DNA of 12,008 bases. It comes from a virus (taxonomy: Duplodnaviria > Heunggongvirae > Uroviricota > Caudoviricetes). Position 1 is the stretch's first letter. Every line of letters begins with the position of its first letter. The stretch lies in IMG/VR virus record IMGVR_UViG_643348545_000014. The stretch is one strand, 5' to 3'. The notes under the pieces are model-generated. The model did not search any database. It had not been told where the DNA came from and saw only the letters and a list, made by a program, of their open reading frames with translations. Positions 1-7,608 of this stretch are shown here, piece by piece. The position numbers and the translations under genes are program-made.

Positions 1-1242
1 ATGGCGAGAAAAACACACCCATTAACCACAGTGCAGATCAAAGCAGCCAGACCAGCGCAAAAGGAGTACACCCTGCAGGACGGCGGAGGGCTTTTTCTCC
101 TGGTCAAACCGTCTGGATCAAAACTCTGGAGATTTTCCTACTACCGACCATCGGACAAAAAAAGAATATTGCTGAGTTTTGGATCGCTTGAAGATGTTTC
201 CCTGGCTGATGCCAGAAAACGCCGTAGCGAGTACAGGACGTTAATCAGTGCCGGAACTGACCCGCAGGACCACGAGAGGCAAAAAAGAGAGACAGAGGCC
301 CGAAGACAAGGGAACACGTTCGAAAATGTGGCGGCGGCATGGTACCAGGTGAAAATCAGCCAGAATCTGGCCCCCAACACGATTAAAGACATCTGGCGTT
401 CGCTGGATAAATATGTATTCCCGTTCATCGGCAACACGCCAATAGATACCCTCACCGCCCGAAGGTTCGTTGAAGTGCTTACCCCCATCAAGGAGCGCGG
501 CAACCTGGAAACACTCAAGCGGGTTTTACAGCGCGTTAATGAGGTAATGGATTACGCCGCCAACAGTGGGCTGATTGATGCCAATCCGGCTATGAATGTG
601 CGTAAGGCGTTTCCCTCACCTGTAAAAAAACATATGCCAACAATCCGCCCCGAACAGCTGCCGGAGCTTATGCAGGCTTTATCAGTATCGGCAACAGAAC
701 GGCAGACCAGATTACTGATTGAATGGCAGTTACTGACCGTAACCCGTCCCGCCGAAGCGTCATCAACGCGGTGGGATGAAATCAACCTGGACGCGAAGCA
801 ATGGACGATACCTGCCGGACGCATGAAGATGCGCAGGGATCACGTTATCCCGCTTTCCGGTCAGGCTATGGCGGTGCTGGAGGCCATGAAACCAATCAGC
901 CACCACCGCAATTACGTTTTCCCAAGTCTGAAAGACCCACAGCAGCCGATGAACAGCCAGACAGCTAACGCAGCATTGCGGCGTATGGGATTCGCTGGCG
1001 TGCTGGTGTCTCATGGATTACGCGCCATATTCAGCACAGCAGCGAACGAGGAAGGATTCGAGCCGGACGTAATAGAGGCGGCACTTGCCCACGTCGACAC
1101 CAACGAAGTTAGACGGGCATACAACCGGAGCAACTACATAGAAAAACGCATCGTGCTGATGCGCTGGTGGGGCGAATTTGTCGAGGCTGCGGCGACGGGC
1201 GTAACCCTCGCCAGTGGTAAAAGGGGTATCCGAGCCGTGTAG
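1..1242 (+). CDS. int: Site-specific tyrosine integrase, P4-like family
   Basis: 413-aa ORF. N-terminus MARKTHPLT..IKAA.P...Y.L.DG.GL.L.V.PSGSK.WRF.Y and C-terminal HGLRAIFST ... LAH...NEVRRAYNRSNY...MRWW match the P4-integrase family layout, with the catalytic Tyr in the RRAYNRSNY region (recalled family features). Confidence 0.9.
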   Translation: MARKTHPLTTVQIKAARPAQKEYTLQDGGGLFLLVKPSGSKLWRFSYYRPSDKKRILLSFGSLEDVSLADARKRRSEYRTLISAGTDPQDHERQKRETEARRQGNTFENVAAAWYQVKISQNLAPNTIKDIWRSLDKYVFPFIGNTPIDTLTARRFVEVLTPIKERGNLETLKRVLQRVNEVMDYAANSGLIDANPAMNVRKAFPSPVKKHMPTIRPEQLPELMQALSVSATERQTRLLIEWQLLTVTRPAEASSTRWDEINLDAKQWTIPAGRMKMRRDHVIPLSGQAMAVLEAMKPISHHRNYVFPSLKDPQQPMNSQTANAALRRMGFAGVLVSHGLRAIFSTAANEEGFEPDVIEAALAHVDTNEVRRAYNRSNYIEKRIVLMRWWGEFVEAAATGVTLASGKRGIRAV

Positions 1243-1319
1243 CTGTACAGAAAACCAGTAAAAACTACGAAAACCATGTAAAACCGTCGTATAATTGCAT
1301 CAAATTTAACGACAAGGCC

Positions 1320-1571
1320 GTGAAACATGAAACCGTTAAGATGCAAAAAAATATCAGATGCAATTGCGACGGGCTGCAACTGGCCCTGATGGTTCAGCAT
1401 GAATTTTGGTCAACCTACGATCCGGAGGACAGAACGACGGCCCCATCAAAAAAACAGGTAGTAGATTTTCTGGTATCCCGTGGCGCTTCCAGAAATCTGG
1501 CGGTAAGTATTGATAAGGTCGTACGTCCGGCATCTATGAAGATCGGAGGCAGGCCCAAAAAATGGCGGTAA
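1320..1571 (+). CDS. Hypothetical small protein (83 aa from a GTG start; alternative ATG at 1341)
   Basis: ORF followed by a clean intrinsic terminator, but the ribosome-binding site is weak and no family was recognised. Confidence 0.25.
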   Translation: MKHETVKMQKNIRCNCDGLQLALMVQHEFWSTYDPEDRTTAPSKKQVVDFLVSRGASRNLAVSIDKVVRPASMKIGGRPKKWR

Positions 1572-1580
1572 CAATCCTGG

Positions 1581-1606
1581 AAGCGGCAGAAATGCCGCTT
1601 TTTTTA
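1581..1606 (+). terminator. Rho-independent terminator
   Basis: 8-bp stem AAGCGGCA / TGCCGCTT with GAAA loop, followed by a T-run of 7-8. Confidence 0.6.
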
Positions 1607-1738
1607 TAATTCCATTTCAAATCATCAATATAAAAAACGGTGTATACCGTTTAAAAACGGTGGGAACTGTTTTTACCCATATCCGATGATTTACCGTATT
1701 TGTCACCGGAATACACCGGATTCACAAGGTAAATCACG

Positions 1739-1945
1739 ATGGAAGCAATCAGAAAAATTATCTTTCGCCAGGAAGTAAAAAAAATTATCCACATCAAGGC
1801 AGACAGCACGCTGCAAAGCATGATCAACGCCGGAGAATTTCCGCAGGGTTTTCGCGTTGGTTTACGCCGTCGCGGATGGTATGAGGATGATGTGTTGGCC
1901 TGGCAGAAAGAACGCGAACAGGAAGCACGCGGAACGGCTGCTTAA
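1739..1945 (+). CDS. alpA: AlpA-family transcriptional regulator / excisionase-like HTH protein
   Basis: 68-aa protein with the pattern STLQSMINAGEFPQGFRVGLRRRGWYEDDVLAW, typical of the prophage AlpA family (TIY..I..G.FP.P..LG.R.VGW.E.EV..W). Its position directly downstream of int is canonical. Confidence 0.75.
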   Translation: MEAIRKIIFRQEVKKIIHIKADSTLQSMINAGEFPQGFRVGLRRRGWYEDDVLAWQKEREQEARGTAA

Positions 1946-2093
1946 CGGGTATCACAGATATGACAAACACGAAAAAAGCGGCCCCGATATGGAGCCGCCT
2001 TTCTGAACAATTAACCCGCTGCGCCTTATGTGTATATGATCCCAAACATAAGCACGGGGATGATAGCCGCTATCAGGCTGGTGGGCAATGCAA

Positions 2094-2282
2094 TCAGTCT
2101 GGTTCAGTTCGTTGCCATACCTGCAATGAGCGCGTTTCCCTGTACTCTTTAAGGAATTGCTCAAGGGCAAAAGCACATGGCGCGAATCTTTCTGATTCAT
2201 GCTCTATCTTTCTGCGCCGTCTTTTCCGTGCCGGTGATAATGTTTTGGTCAATTCTTTATCGGTCATTGTGTTGTCCTGCAT
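2094..2282 (-). CDS. Hypothetical small basic protein (57-62 aa, KRRRRK motif), downstream of the RHH gene on the minus strand
   Basis: ORF with ATG start; the internal ATG (MTDKEL...) has an AGGA-like RBS. No family recognised. Confidence 0.3.
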   Translation of the reverse strand: MQDNTMTDKELTKTLSPARKRRRRKIEHESERFAPCAFALEQFLKEYRETRSLQVWQRTEPD

Positions 2283-2324
2283 AGCAATGCGCCGTAATAC
2301 CTCACACCACGGCGCTGATAGTTT

Positions 2325-2516
2325 TTATCCTTTGGGTTCTATACCGCGCCGCTTTAGTTCAGTACGCCCCAACTCTTTAAGCCAGTTGGCTAGGCTTATG
2401 CCGTCGCTCTGTGCTTCTTTATCGAATTGCTCTTTTAGCTCTGGAGAAATTCGCATTCTGAATTGTGGGGATTGCCCGTCCCCTTTAGGGCTTTTATCGC
2501 GTTTGATTGTTGACAA
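2325..2516 (-). CDS. Ribbon-helix-helix (Arc/CopG-like) DNA-binding protein, candidate island repressor
   Basis: The segment FRMRISPELKEQFDKEAQSDGISLANWLKELGRTEL fits a beta-strand plus two-helix RHH pattern. A TTG start has an AGGTG RBS 5 nt upstream; an internal ATG gives a 44-aa alternative. The gene is divergent from the rightward replication operon. Confidence 0.5.
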   Translation of the reverse strand: MSTIKRDKSPKGDGQSPQFRMRISPELKEQFDKEAQSDGISLANWLKELGRTELKRRGIEPKG

Positions 2517-2561
2517 GTGGTCACCTATTGAATTAGCCTTTCTATTGTTAGGTGGTCACCT
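2510..2561 (+). promoter_or_regulatory. Candidate rightward promoter (TTGACA-18 bp-TAGCCT) with two GTGGTCACCT operator-like repeats 35 bp apart
   Basis: TTGACA at 2510-2515. Identical 10-mers GTGGTCACCT at 2517-2526 and 2552-2561, each containing the palindrome GGTCACC, placed in the spacer and just downstream of the predicted start site. Confidence 0.45.
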
Positions 2562-2650
2562 TAACACAAGAGCACTTAAAAAAGCAAAGCCCCGCAAGTG
2601 TCATTACCACTCGCAGGGCTTCTAACCAACAACGTAAACTAGGAGCCGTT

Positions 2651-3208
2651 ATGGTTGCCGTAAATCATATACCACACCTTGTACACACACAAACGGCCTT
2701 TGTGTGGCGTTTTCTGGCCCTGAATATCGGAGAAAAAAACCGCTTGATCGCCACCAGCAAAAATGGCTATGATTCCCGCGCACCTCATAAAACGGGTGTC
2801 GGGATTAGCCTCCTGAAAACAACTGAAGCGCACAGCACGCGCCCCGCGTGTTTTTTTGTGCCGCATAGTCACACCTTATCAATGGTGGGCTGTACGGGGG
2901 CGGAGCAATCCGCGCCGGTTTCTTCAGTGTCCGGTAAGGCTAACCCTGTACAGTCCGCCACCAGCGAAATTAGCCTTTTGCGTGGCGGTTATCTTAACCA
3001 CACTGAGGAGGCTGCCAACATGGCTACTATCCCTACCCTTGTACATTCTCAAACCGCATTTATCTGGCGCTTTATCATCTTTGGCGCGTCAGAATCTCAA
3101 ATCATCCACGTAACCGCCTGGACGGAACGCGAAGCGCGTAGCCGTTGCCCGTCCGGTTGTATTGCGGTATTCGCCGCCCGTATTCGTCAGGGGGTGTGCC
3201 ATGCCTGA
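2651..3208 (+). CDS. Hypothetical protein with internal tandem duplication (shared motif LVH[TS]QTAF[VI]WRF); may be two genes (2651.. and 3020..3208)
   Basis: ATG 2651 has an AGGAG RBS 5 nt upstream; in-frame ATG 3020 has a GAGGAGG RBS 8 nt upstream. The two halves are paralogous at the protein level with diverged nucleotides, which argues for coding selection. Confidence 0.45.
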   Translation: MVAVNHIPHLVHTQTAFVWRFLALNIGEKNRLIATSKNGYDSRAPHKTGVGISLLKTTEAHSTRPACFFVPHSHTLSMVGCTGAEQSAPVSSVSGKANPVQSATSEISLLRGGYLNHTEEAANMATIPTLVHSQTAFIWRFIIFGASESQIIHVTAWTEREARSRCPSGCIAVFAARIRQGVCHA

Positions 3209-3521
3209 TATGTCAAATTACCAGTACCTGATTAATCCGCATTTTAACTGTGAGCATGATATTGCTAAAAAAGTTTATTCCGCTGCGGATGGGGCTACTG
3301 ACAATATATCAATGGGTGTTGCGTCAATTGGTAGCCTGATGTGGCATGCGTCAGAAAATGAGGACTATGACGAAAAGGCCATGCGCATTGATATGGGTAA
3401 TATCGGTTTGTTACTGGCAATGCTTGGGCAGTTTGATATTTCGTTACGGTGCACCATTGAAAATGCCACAGATGCATTAAATGCCATAAAGAAAGCGAAT
3501 ACTGATTCAAATCGGGGATAA
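3201..3521 (+). CDS. Hypothetical acidic protein (106 aa)
   Basis: ATG overlaps the upstream stop (ATGCCTGA), with a GGGGG RBS. No family recognised. Confidence 0.5.
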   Translation: MPDMSNYQYLINPHFNCEHDIAKKVYSAADGATDNISMGVASIGSLMWHASENEDYDEKAMRIDMGNIGLLLAMLGQFDISLRCTIENATDALNAIKKANTDSNRG

Positions 3522-3527
3522 ATAATC

Positions 3528-3827
3528 ATGAGAACATATTTATCTGGCTTGACTGCCAGCGGTTATGCACACCCCAAAATTATCCCCGGCGCTATTTATC
3601 TGGATAAGAACGGTAACAGAGTAACGGTAAAAGAACTGATGTTTGACCGTGTTTATTTTATCCGTGATGGATATTCATTTCTTAGTTCGCTGAACGTGGA
3701 GATCTTTATTTGCAGATTCCGGCGGGAAATCCCGACTTCCAGAAATAACCATGTGTCACGTGTGGATGTGGATAAAAAACTACAGGAACTGAAAAACATG
3801 ATTGCCGCGTGGAGAGAGCAGAAATGA
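3528..3827 (+). CDS. Hypothetical protein (99 aa)
   Basis: GGGGA RBS 9 nt upstream; its stop overlaps the primase ATG (ATGA), indicating translational coupling. Confidence 0.5.
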   Translation: MRTYLSGLTASGYAHPKIIPGAIYLDKNGNRVTVKELMFDRVYFIRDGYSFLSSLNVEIFICRFRREIPTSRNNHVSRVDVDKKLQELKNMIAAWREQK

Positions 3828-5965
3828 AAAAAGCGCCAAATTTAAAACACCAGCCGCGTGACAAAATGACGGAAGTCATCATTTTTGCGGGTAGTGATGC
3901 CTGGGCACATGCGAAACAGTGGCAGGAACAGGACGGGCGACTGGCTGGCGATAACGTGCCTCCTGTCTGGCTTGGAGAGCAACAACTTGCCGAACTGGAT
4001 AAGCTGCAAATTGTGCCGGAAGGCCGAAAATCAGTACGCATATTCAGGGCCGGACATCTTGAGCCAGTAATGATCAAGGCGATTGGTCAGAAGCTGGCGG
4101 CGGCAGGCGTACAGGATGCAAATTTTTACCCTGATGGAATGCACGGTCAGGAGGTGGAGAACTGGCGCGAATATCTGGCCCGTGAGCGGCAGAATCTTTC
4201 TGATGGTCTGGTTATTGAGTTTCCGGTAAAGAAAAAAGATACCGGAAGCCATAGCGATGACGAATTAAAGCCACGCGTTGAAAGTCGCGCCGATGGTGTT
4301 TTCTGGGTAACGCCCAAAGTGGATAAGCAGTCAGGCGAAATTATCCGGCCTGAGACGTGGTTATGTTCTCCGCTTGAACTACTGGGAACGGGGACGATCG
4401 GTAAAGAGCATTACCGCGTCATGCGCTGGAAAAAATTAGCAAATCATGAAGTCATCACAATGGCGATCCCGTGTGGTGGCATTGGCGACCGTGACGGCTG
4501 GCGGTTGCTTAAAGATCACGGGCTGAACGTGACAACAAACGGCAAATACAGGGCTATCCTGGCTGACTGGATGCAGTTAAGCGGAAGCCATGAGGAATGG
4601 CAGTTAAGCACAACAACGGGCTGGCATTTTGACGCGTACATCATGCCGGACGGTTCAATCATTGGTGATTCTGAAAAACCGATCCTGTTTACCGGAAAAA
4701 GTGCCGCTATTAATGGCTATTCGGTTGCGGGTACGGCGGAGGGCTGGCGCGACAGCGTGGCGCGGCTGGCTGGTGGCAATCCGTCCATGATGCTGGGTAT
4801 TGCCACGTCACTGGCAGCACCGTTGATTGGCCTTGTTGGTGCTGACGGCTTCGGGGTACATCTTTTCGAACAGTCATCGGCAGGGAAAACCACCACGCAG
4901 AACATCGCATCAAGTTTATGGGGAGAGCCAGACTCACAACGGCTGACCTGGTACGGCACAGCGTTAGGTATCGCTAACGAGGCAGAGTCGCACAACGACG
5001 GGCTGTTACCCTTGGATGAAATAGGCCAGGCCGGAAACGCGCGGGAGGTGTCCACGTCAGCCTATACGTTGTTTAACGGTTCCGGGAAATTACAGGGGGC
5101 GAAGGACGGCGGCAACCGGGAGATAAAACACTGGCGCACGGTGGCAATCAGCACCGGAGAAATGGACGTTGAGACATTCCTCAAAACGGAGGGGATAAAA
5201 GTCAAAGCGGGGCAGCTTGTCCGCCTGCTTAACGTTCCGATGGAAAAAGCCACGCACTTTCACGAATACAGCACCGGAAAGGCGCACGCAGACGCGTTAA
5301 AGGATGCCTGGACAGAAAATCACGGGGCAGCGGGTCGTGAGTGGGTTAAATGGCTGGCAGGCCACCAGCAGGAGGCAAAGGATACGGTAAGGGAATGCCG
5401 CGAACGGTGGCGCAACCTGATACCGGAGAGCTACGGCGAGCAGGTCCACCGCGTGGGTGAGCGTTTCGCCATACTGGAGGCCGCGCTTGTGCTTTCCGGT
5501 CATGTAACTGGCTGGGCCGCGCAGGAATGCCGGGACGCAATACAGCATAACTTTAATGCCTGGGTGAAGGAGTTCGGCACGGGTAACAGGGAATTTAAAC
5601 AGATGGTTGAACAGGCTGAGGCGTTTTTGTCGTCGTTCGGGTTCAGTCGATACCTTCCTTACCCAAACAGTGATGAACGTGATTTACCGATTAAAGACCT
5701 TGCCGGATACAGAAAGGGGAGTATCAGAAATGAAGATGATGAGTTCCGTTTTTACACGTTTCCTCATGTGTTTGAGGGGGAGATCGCACAGGGATTTAAC
5801 CCGTCCCACTTTGCCCGCGCGTTGAGTGCTGCAGGAATGCTGGAAGCGGGTAACGATCGCCGTTACAAGAAAAAGGCGCTCGGCAAAATTGGGGGGAAGC
5901 AGCATGTTTTTTACGTACTGATGTTCCAGCCTGAGGCAGAAGATTACCCCCCCTGTGTGAGGTGA
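3824..5965 (+). CDS. Satellite replication protein: primase/replicase with a P-loop NTPase-like segment (Pri-Rep-like)
   Basis: About 713 aa from ATG 3824 (GGAGAG RBS; the ORF track begins at GTG 3809). Contains a P-loop-like SSAGKTT. Large size, position after alpA, and the iteron array immediately downstream all fit a replication initiator. Family assignment is by layout and motif only. Confidence 0.75.
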   Translation: MKKAPNLKHQPRDKMTEVIIFAGSDAWAHAKQWQEQDGRLAGDNVPPVWLGEQQLAELDKLQIVPEGRKSVRIFRAGHLEPVMIKAIGQKLAAAGVQDANFYPDGMHGQEVENWREYLARERQNLSDGLVIEFPVKKKDTGSHSDDELKPRVESRADGVFWVTPKVDKQSGEIIRPETWLCSPLELLGTGTIGKEHYRVMRWKKLANHEVITMAIPCGGIGDRDGWRLLKDHGLNVTTNGKYRAILADWMQLSGSHEEWQLSTTTGWHFDAYIMPDGSIIGDSEKPILFTGKSAAINGYSVAGTAEGWRDSVARLAGGNPSMMLGIATSLAAPLIGLVGADGFGVHLFEQSSAGKTTTQNIASSLWGEPDSQRLTWYGTALGIANEAESHNDGLLPLDEIGQAGNAREVSTSAYTLFNGSGKLQGAKDGGNREIKHWRTVAISTGEMDVETFLKTEGIKVKAGQLVRLLNVPMEKATHFHEYSTGKAHADALKDAWTENHGAAGREWVKWLAGHQQEAKDTVRECRERWRNLIPESYGEQVHRVGERFAILEAALVLSGHVTGWAAQECRDAIQHNFNAWVKEFGTGNREFKQMVEQAEAFLSSFGFSRYLPYPNSDERDLPIKDLAGYRKGSIRNEDDEFRFYTFPHVFEGEIAQGFNPSHFARALSAAGMLEAGNDRRYKKKALGKIGGKQHVFYVLMFQPEAEDYPPCVR

Positions 5966-5970
5966 AAAGT

Positions 5971-6286
5971 TGCGGGTTATGCGGGTTATCCTGTGTATAA
6001 GTGCATTAACTACATGAATAAAAAGGAAATTAATAACCCGCACGTAACCCGCAAAACGGCAGTTATAACCCGCAAAAGTGCGATTATAACCCGCAGATGA
6101 ATAACAGGAAGTGACAGCAAACAGCCACGCGTAACCCGCAGAAAAAAACCGTTTGCGGGTTATTTTGAGCATTTTGCGGGTTACGCCCCGGCTAAACAGT
6201 ATACAGTTAATTTTGTAATATATTGATATTAAGGAATAAAAAATACTTAGCAAGAGAAGATAACCCGCTAACCCGCATAACCCGCA
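5971..6286. repeat. Iteron array / candidate replication origin: about 13 copies of (A/G)TAACCCGCA in both orientations flanking an AT-rich stretch
   Basis: Copies at 5971-5980 and 5981-5989 (inverted), 6033-6042, 6044-6053, 6065-6074, 6086-6095, 6131-6140, 6154-6163 and 6175-6184 (inverted), 6260-6268, 6269-6277, 6278-6286. AT-rich segment at about 6190-6250. Confidence 0.8.
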
Positions 6287-6563
6287 CTGTTTTGTATATA
6301 TATACGAAAAATTGAGATCTGAACTATGAAGTCAAACCGCAAACAACCACACTACCGCGCTATTGACCTTACAGAGCACTGGCTGAGAGTGGCGATAAAA
6401 ATCATCGACCGAAACACGGGGAAGGATATGCAAAAGCACATCCCGAACTGATAAGCGCATTCATGACAACGGCGGCGGCAAACTTTGCCACGATGACAGA
6501 ACGGGAGATTGCCGAAGCGGAACAGGTGACAACCATCAACGTTAAAACCGGAGAGCAGACAGC

Positions 6564-6986
6564 ATGACAGCACAGATAGCGGCTTACGGGCGGCTGGTGG
6601 CTGACCCGCAGTTAAAGACCACCAGCAAGGGTACACAAATGACGATGGCTAGTATGGCGGTCCCCCTTCCGTGCAGCCAGGCAGATGACGGAACGGCGAC
6701 GATGTGGTTATCCGTCCTGGCGTTTGGCAGACAGGCCGACGCACTGGCAAAACACCACAAAGGCGAACTGGTGAGCGTGGCGGGTAACATGCAGGTAAGC
6801 CAGTGGACAGGCCAGAACGGCGAAACGCGGCAGGGCTGGCAGGTTATCGCAGACAGCGTAATCAGTGCGAGAACGGCGCGACCGGGCGGCAAAAAAGGCC
6901 AGCAGGGGCAGGCTACTGACGCACTGAACAGGGCAAAACAACAGGCGGGTAACGATGATCCGTACGGGGATAACATACCGTTTTAA
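6564..6986 (+). CDS. ssb: Single-stranded DNA-binding protein (SSB-like, OB fold)
   Basis: WLSVLAFGRQADALAKHHKGELVSVAGNMQVSQWTGQNGETRQGWQVIADSV aligns with the E. coli SSB core [50 protein letters not shown] (recalled). The C-terminal tail DDPYGDNIPF resembles the SSB DDDIPF tail. Confidence 0.75.
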   Translation: MTAQIAAYGRLVADPQLKTTSKGTQMTMASMAVPLPCSQADDGTATMWLSVLAFGRQADALAKHHKGELVSVAGNMQVSQWTGQNGETRQGWQVIADSVISARTARPGGKKGQQGQATDALNRAKQQAGNDDPYGDNIPF

Positions 6987-7001
6987 GCGACGAGTGACAG
7001 A

Positions 7002-7024
7002 AGCCGGAGCAATCCGGCTTTTTT
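7002..7024 (+). terminator. Rho-independent terminator after ssb
   Basis: Stem AGCCGGA / TCCGGCT, loop GCAA, then T6. Nearly identical to the terminator at 9443-9467. Confidence 0.6.
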
Positions 7025-7075
7025 ACGGGTTCTCCTGGCGGGGTGGGCCTGAACACGGGGCGGGAGGCGCGGAAA
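7021..7075 (+). other. Degenerate cos-like sequence (cosQ-like ACGGGTTCTCC, cosN-like ACGGGGCGGGAGGCGCGG)
   Basis: Direct-repeat relationship with the intact cos region at 9444-9515: the first ~30 nt are near identical, then sequence diverges. Confidence 0.4.
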
Positions 7076-7203
7076 AAAGCGCATTTTTGTGATTTTATCG
7101 TCATCATCATCATGAGCGTAATTTATTGTTTTTAATTGTTTTGATGCAAAAAAGATGATGGTTGTGGTTAATTTTTGTTCGACATCTTTGCAGGCAGATA
7201 AAA

Positions 7204-7240
7204 AAGCCCGATAAGGTCAGAGGTGGCTTATCGGGCTTTT
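7204..7240 (+). terminator. Hairpin terminator (bidirectional-looking)
   Basis: 12-bp perfect stem AAGCCCGATAAG / CTTATCGGGCTT with an 11-nt loop, flanked by an A-run upstream and a T-run downstream. Confidence 0.5.
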
Positions 7241-7317
7241 GCATATGAGGTTTTTTGGTGCACTGACACACATGATCGGGATAATCATTTCATAATTTGC
7301 AACACAACTCAATATCA

Positions 7318-7373
7318 TTGCACAAAATGCAATCATGATTATAATCATAACTGGATGAACATCCAGTTATGAT
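7318..7373 (+). promoter_or_regulatory. Head-operon promoter candidate (TTGCAC-16 bp-TATAAT) overlapped by two perfect palindromes (operator candidates)
   Basis: -35 TTGCAC at 7318-7323 and -10 TATAAT at 7340-7345. 14-bp palindrome ATGATTATAATCAT at 7335-7348; 30-bp palindrome ATCATAACTGGATG-AA-CATCCAGTTATGAT at 7344-7373, followed by T6. Confidence 0.5.
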
Positions 7374-7401
7374 TTTTTAAGTCAAAGAGGAATTTCTTAC
7401 T

Positions 7402-7608
7402 ATGGCTGAAGAGAAAAAAGGCGGTATTTCGGTGTACATAAGCCCCGACATCGTGAAGGCGCTCAAGGAACGCCACCAGCAGAACGTAAAAGCAGGCATT
7501 GCGGCAGGACTTGATCCGCTGGCGATGGTTGAGCCGTCAACAGGCTGGCAGGTACGCGCCTATTTACGCGCGGCGCTGGGTATGAATCAGGTTCACGGGG
7601 GTGAATAA
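7402..7608 (+). CDS. Hypothetical small protein (68 aa) translationally coupled to the major capsid gene
   Basis: AAGAGG RBS; its stop overlaps the capsid ATG (TAATG). Function unknown. Confidence 0.5.
   Translation: MAEEKKGGISVYISPDIVKALKERHQQNVKAGIAAGLDPLAMVEPSTGWQVRAYLRAALGMNQVHGGE

Noticed and set aside
1960-2625. 221-aa plus-strand ORF
   Set aside because: Low-complexity, Cys/Ser/Arg/Leu-rich translation antisense to the better-supported minus-strand small genes, with no RBS; most likely a spurious antisense frame.
4031-5548. Several 60-110-aa minus-strand ORFs inside the primase gene
   Set aside because: All lie wholly inside the long, well-supported primase reading frame on the opposite strand, with Pro/Arg/Ala-rich translations typical of antisense GC-rich coding DNA.
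5684-6253. 189-aa minus-strand ORF across the iteron region
   Set aside because: Overlaps the primase 3' end and the iteron array; the translation is dominated by repeat-derived residues. The open frame is an artefact of the iterons.
6287-6307. LexA/SOS-box-like TTGTATATATATACGA upstream of the ssb operon
   Set aside because: Matches the AT-rich core of the CTGT-N8-ACAG consensus but lacks both critical CTG and CAG half-site triplets; more likely just the AT-rich edge of the origin.
7040-7080. Possible P2/P4-type cos resemblance (GGCGGGAGGCGCGGAAAAAAGC vs the recalled P2 cohesive end GGCGAGGCGGGGAAAGCAC)
   Set aside because: The similarity needs gaps, the sequence is GC-rich low complexity, and the same stretch aligns better as a diverged copy of the lambda-type cos at 9468-9515; treated as coincidental unless a proper alignment says otherwise.
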